The notes: generated by a model not told the origin, from the letters alone. A stretch of 64,000 nt of DNA from Zootoca vivipara (GCF_963506605.1 NC_083277.1:113212001-113276000), one strand, 5' to 3'. Shown: positions 24,187 through 37,105, numbered from the stretch's first letter. Made by a program: numbers and translations.

Positions 24187-27100
24187 CTCCCACTCCGTCC
24201 CCTACTGTAGTTCAGAGAATATTGTACCTCGTTTGCCGCAGCTTAAAAACCAGCAAATGTGTTAGCAATTCTGTGAGACCTTGCCTGCCCGGTGCTAATC
24301 TCTCTTTTTTTTTGGTCGGATGACTTCTGTTTACAACAGTCTGTCTGGGTGGGCGGGGGCCGCCATTACAAAGTGAAGGTCAAGTTAGCATCCTACCTTA
24401 TATGGTATACGGCGGTCCTCCATTTTCATGGATTTGTCACAACAGAGCTAAATGGCCATCGCATTTCTTACCCAAGTAAACATATGGGTCTCTGTCTCTC
24501 TTTTTAAACACCCCCCCCGGCCCATTTCCCCCTCTCTTTTACATCACCATTCTTTTGGGGGGGGGCTTGCTATCTGAATGCAACGATCAAGAAGAAGGCT
24601 GTGGGGGGTGCATTGAGGGTGAGACTTTGTGGGAATGAGACCAGAAGTCCGCATGACGACCGCTGCTTGGAAAGTTTTTTTCCCTCCCTCTCCACCCCCC
24701 CTCCGGGATTGCAGACTTCAAACAACTCCTCTTTCAGCAAGATGCAAACACGTCTGCGGTGGAGGAAATTAAACGTCATAAAGAAAAGCCCAATTAGGGT
24801 TTAATGTCTCAACATTACTGTTTCCTCCAGAAAACAATGAAGTTCGCTCGGTAAGGAGAGGGGGAGAATGGGGGCAGGGAGGGGATAAGGGAAAGGAGGG
24901 TTTAGATTTTCTTGTTTTAATCGTATAATCTTTAAATAAAGGAGGAGGTGGGAGGGATGGGGGTGGATAGATCAGAGCGCCTGAAATTAATAAGAGCGGA
25001 AATGAGGGGAGATCCTGCAAAGTCTTGAGCAGCCTGCCTACTGTGGAAGGCTGGATTATAGACATTGTTATATCACAGGTTGTCCGTCCGAGGTCCCAGA
25101 ACGGGCCTAATTGCGCAGAGGAGATCTGCCAGTGATTCGGAGGTTAAAGAGGGGAGTGGGTGGGTGGTCTTTTACATAGATTGAACCGATAAGGTGATAT
25201 CGCGACTGGGATAAGGGCTGGAGGGTGGTGGAGCAGAGGGAAAGGGAAAGGGAAGAAATAAAAAAGAGAGAGAGGCGAAAGTGGGTGGCTAGTGGGTGAA
25301 TAAAGAGGCTTTATTTATTTATTTATTTATTTATTTATTTCCTCCTTCCTTCCTTCGCTTCCCACCCACCCCCCAAAAGAAAGCGCCCCCTCCCTCTCAA
25401 TGGCAAAGCTGTTCTCATTATGGTGAAAGATAAGGAAACATATGAAAAATGGCTGGAGTCCTTGTTTTGGCTGAGACGGAGGAGAAGAGCAGGTTCGCTT
25501 CCTTACTACCGCAAGATGGTGGAGGGGAGCATGAGAATTAAATCTCGATCGAGGTCAACCCATAATTTTGGGTTATCCAGGTAGCTTCTCTTCCCCCCCC
25601 TTTCCCATTTTCTCCTCGTATTGGCAGCGACGTGGGAGTGCGGTGGGGACAGTGGGGGTGAGGGCGGGAAAGCAGCAAACCAAACAAAAAGCCCACGCCC
25701 TTGCAAGAGAGTAGATTTCCAAGGGAATCAATGGGACTTTGTTCCCAAGTAATATTATAGCAAAATCATAACCGCAACGCCGGGGCCGCTATAAATTTCG
25801 CCTGGGTCTATGGCCCTCCTCTATAGTGGTAGCGGATACTACCGCTATGTTTTGAGCTGCGGCGGCAGTGCCGCAACGCTTCCGAACAAAAAAAACCCCC
25901 CAATATCATTTATATTGTCTTGACACCCGGCGTTCGTGCGTGCTGCTTAGCAAGGATATTGTTGTGGGGTGGGCGAGGAATATAACAACAATCCTGCTCC
26001 TAGTCAATTAGAGAAAATGAACAGATTTCCCAGTGACAGTTTCCAAAGCCGCTTGATATATACAGCGCGCGCGCGCGCTTGTGTGGCTCTTCCCAGACTA
26101 ATGCCAGATGTGCATTTGCAGCGCTATCTGCAGTTCTTCCCCGTTATGAACTTCCAGTCCCGTTTGTTTATTTGTTTGTTTTGGTATTTCTGCGTGGCGC
26201 AGAAGGCACAGGAGAGCTTTTTTTCATTCGTTTGCCCTGCATGGCAGAGGAAATTGGTAAGCAGGACTCCACCTAAAAAAAGACGACCTCTGTTTGTACT
26301 TTTTTTAAAATAAAAATCAACACGAAATATACTTGTCCTTTCCATCCCACATTATCAATTAGCGTTGCTTTATTTTTGTTTTGAACAGCAGCCTACTTGC
26401 AATGTTCCCTACGAAACGAGTCACTATGAGGAGACATCATTATGTGCACATCCTTGAAGTCAACGGGAACTCCGAGTTTAAAATATTTAGTATCGCGCTA
26501 CTAGCATTTAAAGGTATTTTAAGAACAAAGCCAAACAAATCTGCATCCTTTTCCAGCGTGGAGTGGACGCACAATTTTGGATTTGGTCTCCCTACAGCCA
26601 TCCCTCTCGCTTACTGAAATGGACAATGAGACCATGTGAGTTCCTAAACTCCTTACTGTAAAAAAATATCCTGTTATATGCAGACACAGAATAGCAGTTT
26701 TGAAGAAGTCCCAAAGGGAGTATGTCTGATAAAGAAAGCAGAATGGTGGAATGTGCGAGTGAGGGAGAGAATAGAAGCATCAAACAGCACTTTGTTTGGT
26801 TCTGAATCCTAGTAGGAGGAAGTCAATAACTAAAGCAATATAAAGTTACTAAGAAACCAGATATTTAAAATTTCTGTTTAGTAAGTCACTCTATATGTAT
26901 GTATGTATATATGTATATATGTATAAAGAGAGAGGGAGGGGGAGAGATGAGAGAGAGAGATTATAGACGTCTGGTATTTAATAAAAAGAGGGCATAAAAA
27001 TGGGGAGGGCGACAGCTGTAATACAAGTAAATAGTCAAAGGCACGATCCAGCCAAAGACGGTCACTTTTAAATTAAGTTCAGTGTGTGTGTGTGAATAAA

Positions 27101-27605
27101 GTATGTCCCTCAGTGACATTGGTGGGATTTTACTGCGACCGGATCGTGACCACAATAATTCGACTTCATAAGTGGAACGGCATGCAGAGAAATACAGTAT
27201 CTGAGTTTTGTTCCGAGTAATTTTTAAAAACTAAGTACCTCATTTTAGAAATAGAATTTGAGATTTCAAGAAGGCTTTCCAAGGGAATGCACACGATTGA
27301 AAGTTAAATGCATTACTGCACTCACCCCCTTGCAACTTTATTGTTAAAGGACAGAATCTGGATCTTTACTGGATAATTTAGATCTTGTACCCCACTGAAA
27401 GTAACTCATCTACCGCTAATTTCTAGAAACCATGAGACATAATAATTCACGAGATTTGAAAACAAAACAAAAAGCACAGATAGAGACATGCGTTTGTAGT
27501 TGCATTTCATGCGAATTTCCAACAATTGATGTCTGGAGATGCACTTGTGGGCTATCAAGTTACTTTCAACTGTTTGCATATGCATATATTGAGGGACACT
27601 TACAT

Positions 27606-27610
<5 letters not shown>

Positions 27611-27670
<60 letters not shown>
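27611..27670 (+). repeat. (GA)n microsatellite
   Basis: Uninterrupted GA run. Confidence 0.95.
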
Positions 27671-27673
<3 letters not shown>

Positions 27674-30600
27674 CCTTGCGCACGCGCACATGTCCCCATG
27701 CAAACAAAGAGGCTGATATTTCATAGCATTGCCAAAAGGCGCTCTGAAGTAATGAGCATTCCTTATAGCTGGTTTCTATGTTTGCAGAATGTCACCACAT
27801 AACTATCCCAGGCATTCTGTTTCATTTTATTCTGATAAATGTGGATACTGGGGTTGATTCCAGCACTACTGACTTACAACGGGGAGCGGGTAAGCTATTG
27901 AAGTTTCTTTCCGCCCCTCCCCTGCAAAAACGTTGAGATTTCACTTTGATCACGGTGTGTCTGATGGGAACAAGGCTGCCTGCTGGCTGAAATGAAAGAA
28001 ATGTAGGTATCAAGGTACACTAAAAAACATCCAGCTCATGCACACAACCAAAAGCAGAATATTTCATATAGTTAAAACCCTTTTCGCAAAATCTCACTCA
28101 CAGTGGCTGCTATGGCTTCCTTCACACAATCTAATAAGAAGTTATCCCGTTACAATAAAGCTTATATCGTGCGTACGGATATATTTGCTAATAAAACTGG
28201 ACTTTCAAGCGAAGCAAAATTTCCTTAGATGGGACTTGATGATCCACATCCCGAGAACCTCATCCAGACAATAAAGCATTTTTTAAATATATGCAAGTCT
28301 ATTCACTCTCTGCGTGTTGTAGAATTTTTTATTATTTAAAACGTTGGGTGCTTTTAAAATGTTTGTGTATTATGTTGGTCAATGGCCCACTTTCTTTGTT
28401 ATTTTCTTTTGAACACAATTCAGTGCAGCTATTCTTTTTGAAAGGAACCTGAAACACACCGAAAATTGGCTTCTTGGGTGAATTACTAGGTCCCCTTTCA
28501 TTTGGAAAGCGGAATAAGCCATTGGCAAACTCCAATGAACTTGGCTTTGTAGCATATATATGTAGCATAGTGTGTCTGGGCTGGAGGGGTCGGCCAAATA
28601 TGTTGGTGCAAGAGTTCCTTTTATTCGCTTCTAGCTTGCTAACTAGTGGAACTGACCTAACGATCCTTACATGTATATTGATATGGCGCAACCCAAAGCA
28701 CGTTTTTATTGGGAGCAAAGCCAAGCAACCCTATGTAGACAATGGGCCTCAATTGAACTTGCTTGTGTGCATAGGATCAGACCCCACTGAGCAGTCACTG
28801 CACTTTATTATTCATTGCAATATGCCAAGTATCATTTGCAATCCTCCCAATTATGATGGTTTATATTACCCCAATAATGCGCAGAGGAGAATTCTGCGTG
28901 GGGCATCTAGTCAGGGCATCCCTCAGCGCAGCTATACTGCTCACTGTTGACTTTGCGTGTGGCTGGGAAGCATACCGCTTATCAGCTTTTATCTTTATTG
29001 GGTCCACATGATTTTGAACTTGCAACCCTGGCCTGTGGAAGATCTGAAACATTCTCCTCCTCCCCGCTTCCCCGCTTTGAATCGTTAGCAGCTTATGAAG
29101 TCGTCTTTAGTAGGCTGGCTTATATCCAATTAAATTTATCTTTGCCATTGGGGGACAATAATATTTTCCAAGAGCTTCCTACTTGTAGCTATTGTCTCTG
29201 GCCCCGGATTTCCTGAACACACAAGCAGTCGAGGATAATCTGCTTGCTGGCAAAGGTTTGTAGTACCCTTTGGCTTGGTTTAAATACATCGGGGTATTTT
29301 ATTTTTCCTTGGGAAGTAATTGCATTGCTGTTGCACGAAAAAAAAAATCATTCCTAGGCTGTTATCCCAAACAAATTCACTTGTAAGTCACTTGCATAGG
29401 ATTCAGTGGGGCTCAGTTGCTTCCAGTGAGCTGCATCGCTGAAGACTTACAGGTCACAATCCTAAAGCGTCAGAAGTTTGGGGTTCTTTGGCCCAAAGAA
29501 GGCATGCGAAAACGGCTGCTTGAAATGTTCGGGTGGCTTCCCATCCCCAAACCTCACAAAAGTAATCCTTCAGCCCCTGTATAGAGAACCTATCTTATTC
29601 TAGGCCGTAGAAATACCTTAGGGGCGTCCGCTTCATTCTGAAATTCGGGGGAAATACGCCAAGAAAAGGCCAAAAGGCAAGATGTAAACAACATTTTCGT
29701 GACCCCATTTATCCCTAGGAAAATCTTTAGGGTTGGGTAGTACATGTGCCTCTGATTGAGATGCTGGGAGATAGAAAAATAGAGATTTGGATTAGAATAT
29801 CTACATTTATGCATGTTCTAGAAGGTAGTCTATGTGCATTTATATATCTAGTCTGCACATTTCTAAAAGAGAGACCCGTATGACGATCTCTGAATGAAAG
29901 CATTAATCGAAATTTGCACTGATTTACATATATTAATTTATCTCCCAAGCTGATAAGAGGGTGATGAAACTAGTTTATATGAGATCCAAGGCGAGTTTGG
30001 AGGCCACCTACAAATCTTTGCCGTCCATAGACTAGTTGGCAAATGTTTGTTAGTTATGCCCAAACCCGCCTTGGCCATCATGTACCGTTCAGTCTTGATT
30101 CGCTTAATGTACACAAACAAACCCAGAGACCGGAGTCCTGACCACGATGGGAACATTTCTTTGGCCAAACCCGCCACAACTATAATCGGAGCTGGGTTCT
30201 TTCAAAGTTCATTTTACCCACACAAAAGTACGTTTCCTAGAAAGTCTTGTCCACGTGGATACAAATTTCTGCCTAAATAATAATAACAAAAACAAAAATA
30301 CTGGGATGTGTTTATAGTGTGATCTTGGTTCTGTCGGGCAAATGACCCTGCAACAGAAGAAGGGAATGTATTGCCTGATTAACACAGCAATGCCATGTTG
30401 AAGTACACTTGGCGAGCCACAAACAACCAGCCGGGTGAATATATACATATGTCTAATTACACCTAGGAAGCTCTGGCTGGCAATTGACATAACCCTGTTC
30501 TCTCTGCCTGATCTGCTCTTTCTTATGCATCTTCATAGTGATTCACACAACTTGGGGAGACACTGTCGCAACGCACCTACTTTGAAAGGTTTTTCCTTTT

Positions 30601-31734
30601 ATTCCTTCTTCTTCCTTCCCATATATATTAAAGAGGGTTTTTAGACAACTAATTTTTAAAAAAAGTTTTTAAAAAAGTATTTCTTGTCTGTGAAGATGAA
30701 ATCTACCAACGACTAAAGCACTCAAATAACTCTAAGGTTTATTTGCCTTTATGCTCAATGGGCTGTTGGGGTTTTTGTGTTGTTTCATTTTTTTTTAAAG
30801 TGGAGACCAAAAGGAATGTGAGACTTCCAGCCTTCATTCTTCTGTTTTATGGTAGTCAGGGAATTGACTTTGGTGGTTCAAATTCAAGTGCTGTGGCTCC
30901 ACAGCTGTCTTTTCTGTGCTTCTTCGCAGGAAGCCGACAAATCCTATACTTTAAACCGGGCTTTAAAAAACACAACGGCACTGGGGCTCGCTTGAGCTTA
31001 TATCTACCTATTAAGAGCAATAAATTATTCGCACACCTAGAGGAGATATCCTGTGTGTTATACCCCACATGCTTTCAACAGCCACCCGCTTTAGACCCCT
31101 TCTGCTCGCCACCAATGCAGCCGGATGAGACACAGGAGAAATTTCTGCACCACCAGGAAAAGGGGGAAGAAGGAATAAAGAAGAAGAGGTGGGGGGAATG
31201 GGCGGGCGCAACTCACTTTGCAAGAGATGTTGCAGAACCGTTCCGAAACAGCACCCAGCACTGAAAATTTCTTCAGTTCCCCAGGTTCAAAAAATAGTGT
31301 TTGGTAAGAAGAAGTGGAGAAAAATAATGATCCCCGTAAACAATATTTTTATTAGTTTGTAGTTAGCATGAATATTGCTGCGTAAAAAGGGGTAGTTAAA
31401 GGCTCCCTGACACTTTAATTAAAAGTTTGTGTCTAAAGCAGAATCCAACTCATAAACGGCAGAGCGAAGGAGAGAGCCAAAACAGACCATCCCTGCAGAA
31501 GCCTTGCACTATTCCTGCCCCCCACCCCCCCCACACACAACACACACCCATCTCTTCTTCCCCATGCGCAGAGGTGTATGGTGAGGAGGCTCAGAGTGAT
31601 TTGGAACCTGGAGGCGCGCTTATCTGAACCCTCTGCGGGGGAGGCACCCTACGTCCAAAGACGCAGAACAATCGAAAGCGAAGAACATCGCCCGTAGGCT
31701 TATAAAATTAAAAGGACAGGTTGATCAGAGGGTT

Positions 31735-31740
<6 letters not shown>

Positions 31741-31809
<69 letters not shown>
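31741..31809 (+). repeat. (GA)n microsatellite
   Basis: Uninterrupted GA run. Confidence 0.95.
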
Positions 31810-31811
<2 letters not shown>

Positions 31812-32558
31812 GCCATGTTTTGTTTAGGTTTTGTCTGTAGGATCACTTAGGAAGGCTCTGGATTCGAAACAAACCCACCCTATTAAAGTCCCATTGTGGT
31901 TTTTAAGGCTATGCTTCAGTCCCGAGTCACACACGACCTTTAAAGATTTTGATCTCCTGTCCGATATAGTCAGTTTCCTCCCCGTGACCAAAAAGCATTT
32001 TTTTTGTTTCAGTCATTCTGTTCATTAACCTCATCCTCCCTTTTTGGTTTCAGCAGATGGCCCTTCCTTTCCTGGGGCGTCTTCGTCGCTGCAGACTGCT
32101 TAGGTATCTGTTCTACCTGCTGACTAAACTCGACCTGGTGGTTTTAAAAGTAAAAAGAGCCTCCCAAATTAAAATGAATTATGGGGCAAATGAGGTCATC
32201 GCAGAGCGTCTCATTTTGTATCACAAGTTCTTAGATTTTTCTTCTTCTTAAGGATTTGTTCAAAGCTTACCCAAAGGAAAAGTTCACAACCACAAAAATC
32301 ATAGCGTTAAAAAACAACAACCTCTCAGTTCCCACATATTCTTATTTACCAGCCCGCCATGTTCCTGGACTTTGTTATTTGTTCCTGAGAGTTTAATTTA
32401 CTGCAACACGAATTGACAGGATATCACTAGTAAAGTCATTTTGCCCTCCTGATGCTGTGTGAATTTTGTTATGAGGCTTTTAAACTGTCCAAAACTGGAG
32501 CCAGCGATGGAGATTAAGGCGGGAGGATTCTATGTAAACAAAGCAAAGTTGTTGGGTC

Positions 32559-32560
<2 letters not shown>

Positions 32561-32596
<36 letters not shown>
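32561..32596 (+). repeat. (AC)n microsatellite
   Basis: Direct observation. Confidence 0.9.
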
Positions 32597-32599
<3 letters not shown>

Positions 32600-33971
32600 G
32601 GCAGGCACACACACTTATTTGAAGAGAGCAAAGTGAATTAAAAACAGAAATAAAGGCAGAGGTGAGAGCAAAAAGACAACAAAATATTGGAGATATTTTG
32701 CATCAGGTGGAAACTAAACATTTTTATTTATTTCTTTGCAGATCAATTGCAGGACCTTTTAAAAAAAAATAATGAAAAAGTTGTCAATTCAGGCACAAAA
32801 TCTGTTTGATGAGCCTGTGTGATGTGTGCTCCAGATCATCTGAAAGGCAGAAGAGTTTTAAGCACGCATCCTTTTGTTTAGGGGGACTTTACTGGATATG
32901 CCAGCAGCCTCTATCAACTGTCAATATTCTCTGAACGCCTTTATAGCATGGCTTTCTGTATCATGACTGAAAGAAGACACTTTAGGTTAGCAATTGTCTG
33001 AAAGTCAGGAGGAATGTTCTACAAGACACCTTTTACAAATATTCCTTCTTTCAGCTTTAAAAATCTGAAGGGAATTACAGGGTGGGCGGTGAGAGACTCC
33101 AAGAGCACACAATACAAGGACAAATGACTTTAATAAGAATCCTATTTATTTATTTTTTCACTGCACCCCTCTGCCTTTTCTTTCGCTGGCAGAATAAAGG
33201 TCGCAAGGCACCGTGAACATACATTGATTGACAATAAACAGCTGCATTAAATATTCAATGTACCACTCTTACATAATAAATATTTAACCAAACGTTAAAG
33301 GGGGCTTTCGAATATTTATTAGTCCTATGTCCTGATGTATCCTCCCTAATTCCAATACTCTGAAGTCATTAAGCCCCCATGCTTCAGAGGGTTCAGGTTC
33401 GGGCTTAAACCCCTAGAAAAGTTGCGAAGTTTATTCTGCTCCTCGCATATTTGGGATATGCTGCAGGAGGTGTGCTTTCTCTTTGACAGATTAGGTGTCC
33501 CTATGCCTACCTGAGATCCATACATAGGCATCTAAGTAAATAATAAACCTGAGAAACTTGCCAGCTGCTCCCCTATATACCTATCTGTTCCAAAGTTCCC
33601 ACCCACACCCACTACATGGAGATGTGTCCCGGACTGGACTCCTGGAGCAAGATTTTGAGAAATGTTTGAAAACTTACTGAAGAATCTTTATCCAGTCCCC
33701 TGGGCTTCTAACAGTTGAATCCACATTTTTTAAAAAAGAAAAGAAAAAAGACAGAGAAGAGAAGAAGAAAAAGGGAAATAAAAGAATATGTCTGATCATG
33801 CCTAAAATGTGACTTGCATGGAAAGAACCCCTAAAAAAAAAGTAAGAGAGGAAAAATTACAGTTAACACATCCTTTAGACCCTCCCTCGCCTCCTCCACC
33901 CCTGAGCTACCCCCACCCAACCCCATATCTGAATCCTCCTGAACAACTGAAAGCAAAATCCAAATAGGAGA

Positions 33972-33973
<2 letters not shown>

Positions 33974-34034
<61 letters not shown>
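33974..34034 (+). repeat. (GA)n microsatellite just upstream of the HOXC11 promoter
   Basis: Uninterrupted GA run ~330 bp before the ATG. Confidence 0.95.
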
Positions 34035-34037
<3 letters not shown>

Positions 34038-34109
34038 TTCACCAGCCATCCCCCCGCTATCTGCTTTGAATGCTTACAAGGGGTGTGCCTGGAAGAAAAT
34101 GAATACAAA

Positions 34110-34361
34110 TCTGCGATTGATTTTCATAATGTTTCTGCGGTGTTTGAAAACCAATCGTTTGAACCTCTGAGATCTTACCTAAGTGAACCACTCCTACGCT
34201 TCTAAGTGCTCCAAACTGATATATGACAATATCTACTTTGGATCACGTGTCCTGGAGAGAGCGACTAAGACGGATAGCGCGTCATCTCGCCTTCCCAAAT
34301 TTTTCCCCCTCTGCACATCGGATCCAAAACATCTATCTATAGGAGCAAGAAAAGGAGAAAG
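34110..34361 (+). promoter_or_regulatory. HOXC11 proximal promoter / 5' leader
   Basis: CCAAT (34151-34155) and E-box CACGTG (34244-34249) in TCTACTTTGGATCACGTG. This is non-repetitive sequence immediately 5' of the ATG. Confidence 0.6.
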
Positions 34362-35040
34362 ATGTTTAACTCAGTGAACCTAGGAAACTTCTGCTCCCAG
34401 TCGCGCAAAGAGCGGAGTGCTGACTTTGGAGAGAGAGCAGGTTGCGCTTCCAATCTCTACCTCCCCAGCTGCACCTATTACGTCCCAGAATTTTCAACTG
34501 TGTCATCTTTCTTGCCACAGGGCCCCTCTCGCCAAATCTCCTACCCTTATTCCACTAACCTCTCTCAAGTGCAGCCAGTGCGAGAGGTTTCCTACGGGCT
34601 AGACCCCTCGAATAAATGGCACCATAGAAGCAATTACGCCTCGTGTTATTCCGCGGAAGATCTGATGCACAGGGATTGCCTCCCGCCTTCCACCATGACC
34701 GAAATGCTAATGAAAAACGAAAGCGTGTACAGCCACCACCACCACCCCAGCTCCAACCACCCGGCTTCCACGGGCTTCTACTCCAGCATGAACAAAAACA
34801 GTGTCCTCCCGCAAGGCTTCGACCGGTTCTTCGAAAACGCCTACTGCTCCACCGAGAACCCGCCCGAGACCTGTTTGCAGAAGACCGAGAGCAAGCTGGA
34901 GACCGACTCCCAGCCCACCGCGCTGTCATCCCGCGGCGACCAAGGCGTAGACCCGGAAGACGAGGAAGAAAACACCAACCCGGGCTCTTCAGCTTCATCC
35001 TCCTCTGTCAACAAGGAAGGGAGCAAAACCAGCAACTCGA
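34362..35040 (+). CDS. HOXC11: Homeobox C11, coding exon 1 (donor A|GTAGGT at 35041)
   Basis: [18 protein letters not shown]...[23 protein letters not shown]...[14 protein letters not shown] is the HOXC11 N-terminal region. Only the GT at 35041 gives the phase-1 junction that keeps the homeodomain in frame. Confidence 0.96.
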
Positions 35041-35094
35041 GTAGGTAGAGAAAGCAGTAAATGGAAAGGTTAAGGGACTAGCCCGCTGTTTTGT

Positions 35095-35190
35095 CGGTCA
35101 AATTTTATGTGGAGTTTTATAAGCATTCAAAGGATTTTATTATAACCTACAAAGCTCTTTCTTGCAACGAGAAGAATTTTTACGATGGGA
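35095..35190. promoter_or_regulatory. Cluster of Cdx/posterior-Hox type sites at the 5' end of the HOXC11 intron
   Basis: TTTTATG, TTTTATA, TTTTATT and TTTTACGA within ~90 bp. Confidence 0.4.
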
Positions 35191-36508
35191 AAGGCTCTTT
35201 GAGAAAAATGGAGATGTTAGGCGCAGACACAGTATCTCAGAGTCTGTGAAATTTTAAAAGCACACCATGGTGACAAATATTAACTTTGATCATGAACTTA
35301 CATGAGCATTTTAAAAGGATTTGGTCCCGGGCTTCTGAGGGTAAAAGGCAATTGGGCAGAACACTGCTCTTGCTTCCTGTCCTCGCGAGGAGGCACTGAG
35401 AGATGCACGCGAGCGAGAGGGGGGGCGGGTAGTGTTATTTTTCCCCTATTGAAAATGCATGCAGAAATTCAAATATACATCTATATTGCTATGAATGTGG
35501 GGAAAGGGAATGCAACGATTTACACGTCCTCAGTGCATCCCGTGTTGTTGTTTTTGCTCTTGTTGTTGCTTTTCTTCCTGCAAATTGCATTGCTTAGGCG
35601 TAGTTCCTTGGGTGATTTCTTTTCAAATAGACAATGTTTATTTTGCTATTAAATGTGTTTATCACACACACACTCACACACACTATCTCTCTCTCACACA
35701 CACACACACACTTTAAGTATATTTTAATATAGCCTACTCAGATACTATTAGATTTTCATATATATGTGGGTTTATTTTCATTTTTAAAGCAACAACAACA
35801 ACCCTAAATCGAAGCAACTGATCAAGCAAATGCACCATGGATGTTTATTTATTTTTCATTCATAGATTAAAGGAACGCTAAGTCCTGCATGAACTTACAC
35901 ACAGACACACACCCAGGCGCGCGCCCACGTTGTATTTGCAATTCTGTTTGCTGCCTTGGGGAACACATTGCTTCCCTTTTTTGACTGCTCAGATATGTTG
36001 CTTTGATTCTCTCTCTGTGTATGTGTGTGCTGAATGTATTTGGAGGGTGGCGTTCCCTAATAATCAAAAACTTATGCAGAGCAGAATTCTTAGCCCTCAT
36101 AGTTCTAACGTCGCTCCTGCTGACTCTTCTTAAGAAAGGCGGCAGATTTGCAATTTGAACGTGTGTGCTTCCCAGCTGCTTCCCCGGCTTCCTTCCCCCA
36201 GCAGTTATTGTTGATTATTGCACTCAGGAATCCCTTTGGAAAAGCCCCCCAAAACAGGGGGGAAATGATCATGGGCTCGAAACAGGAAAGGCTGTCTTCA
36301 TGGCTGTGTTGTGGTACACATGTCTGTTAGGATGTTACACATGGCCGTAGGATGTGCTTCCAGATGGGTGTGCGTGTGAGAGAGGAGCTATGCATTTGAG
36401 CTTTTGGTGACGGCGGCGGGGGGGGGGGGTTTATTGGGGTTATTGTCATTTGCTTAGTTGTTTTCACTCCCTCCTGGTTATATTTTTCTCCCTCCCTCCC
36501 CCCTAAAG

Positions 36509-36741
36509 GTGCCCCCCGCACAAGAAAGAAGCGATGTCCCTATTCGAAATTCCAAATCAGAGAGCTAGAGAGAGAATTTTTCTTCAATGTCTACATAAAC
36601 AAAGAAAAAAGGCTGCAGCTCTCCAGAATGTTGAATCTCACTGATCGACAAGTTAAAATTTGGTTTCAGAACAGAAGGATGAAAGAAAAAAAACTAAGCA
36701 GAGACCGCCTGCAGTATTTCTCTGGAAATCCCTTATTGTGA
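36509..36741 (+). CDS. HOXC11: Homeobox C11, coding exon 2 (homeodomain); absent from the ORF track
   Basis: Pyrimidine tract then AAAG| acceptor at 36508. Hand translation gives (S)[76 protein letters not shown], with TGA at 36739-36741. Joined CDS is 912 nt = 303 aa. Confidence 0.97.
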
Positions 36742-37068
36742 ACCTCTTTTGTATATTATATATACATATATATATATAAGAATAAAAAATAAAAAATAAA
36801 TGCTCGTTGAAGTATTCTGTGTATGAAGAAGGGACGTCGCAAGCACGGTTTGACTGTGGAGTCTTCAAGCAACCCTCAGAGTTTCCAACCTTCTCAGTCC
36901 TTTCTTATATTTGTATGTTTGGGACCTGGTTCAGGGTTTATACACTTTCCCCGATTACCTAAACGTTGAAAGGACTTGAATACTGTATGAACTTTTAATT
37001 TAACGTTTAGTCTTGAAGAAATGGAATTATTTTCATCATCGGTGTTTTGTTTTGTTTTGTTCTGTTCA

Positions 37069-37070
<2 letters not shown>

Positions 37071-37104
<34 letters not shown>
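37071..37104 (+). repeat. (CAT)n trinucleotide repeat in the putative HOXC11 3' UTR
   Basis: About 11 CAT units. Confidence 0.9.

Positions 37105-37105
<1 letters not shown>

Noticed and set aside
17919-31264. Longer intergenic ORFs (17919-18410, 28474-28950, 30743-31264)
   Set aside because: They have non-ATG starts, random composition and no domain similarity (no RT, transposase or GIY-YIG motifs), as expected by chance.
10964-34361. Annotating HOTAIR as a feature
   Set aside because: Only synteny supports it and I could not recognise HOTAIR exon sequence. It is kept as a hypothesis under findings.
34417-35044. Overlapping alternative-frame and antisense ORFs in HOXC11 exon 1 (133-147 aa) and in HOXC10 exon 1 (49173-49633)
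   Set aside because: These are shadows of GC3-rich or repetitive coding sequence, with no recognisable protein features.
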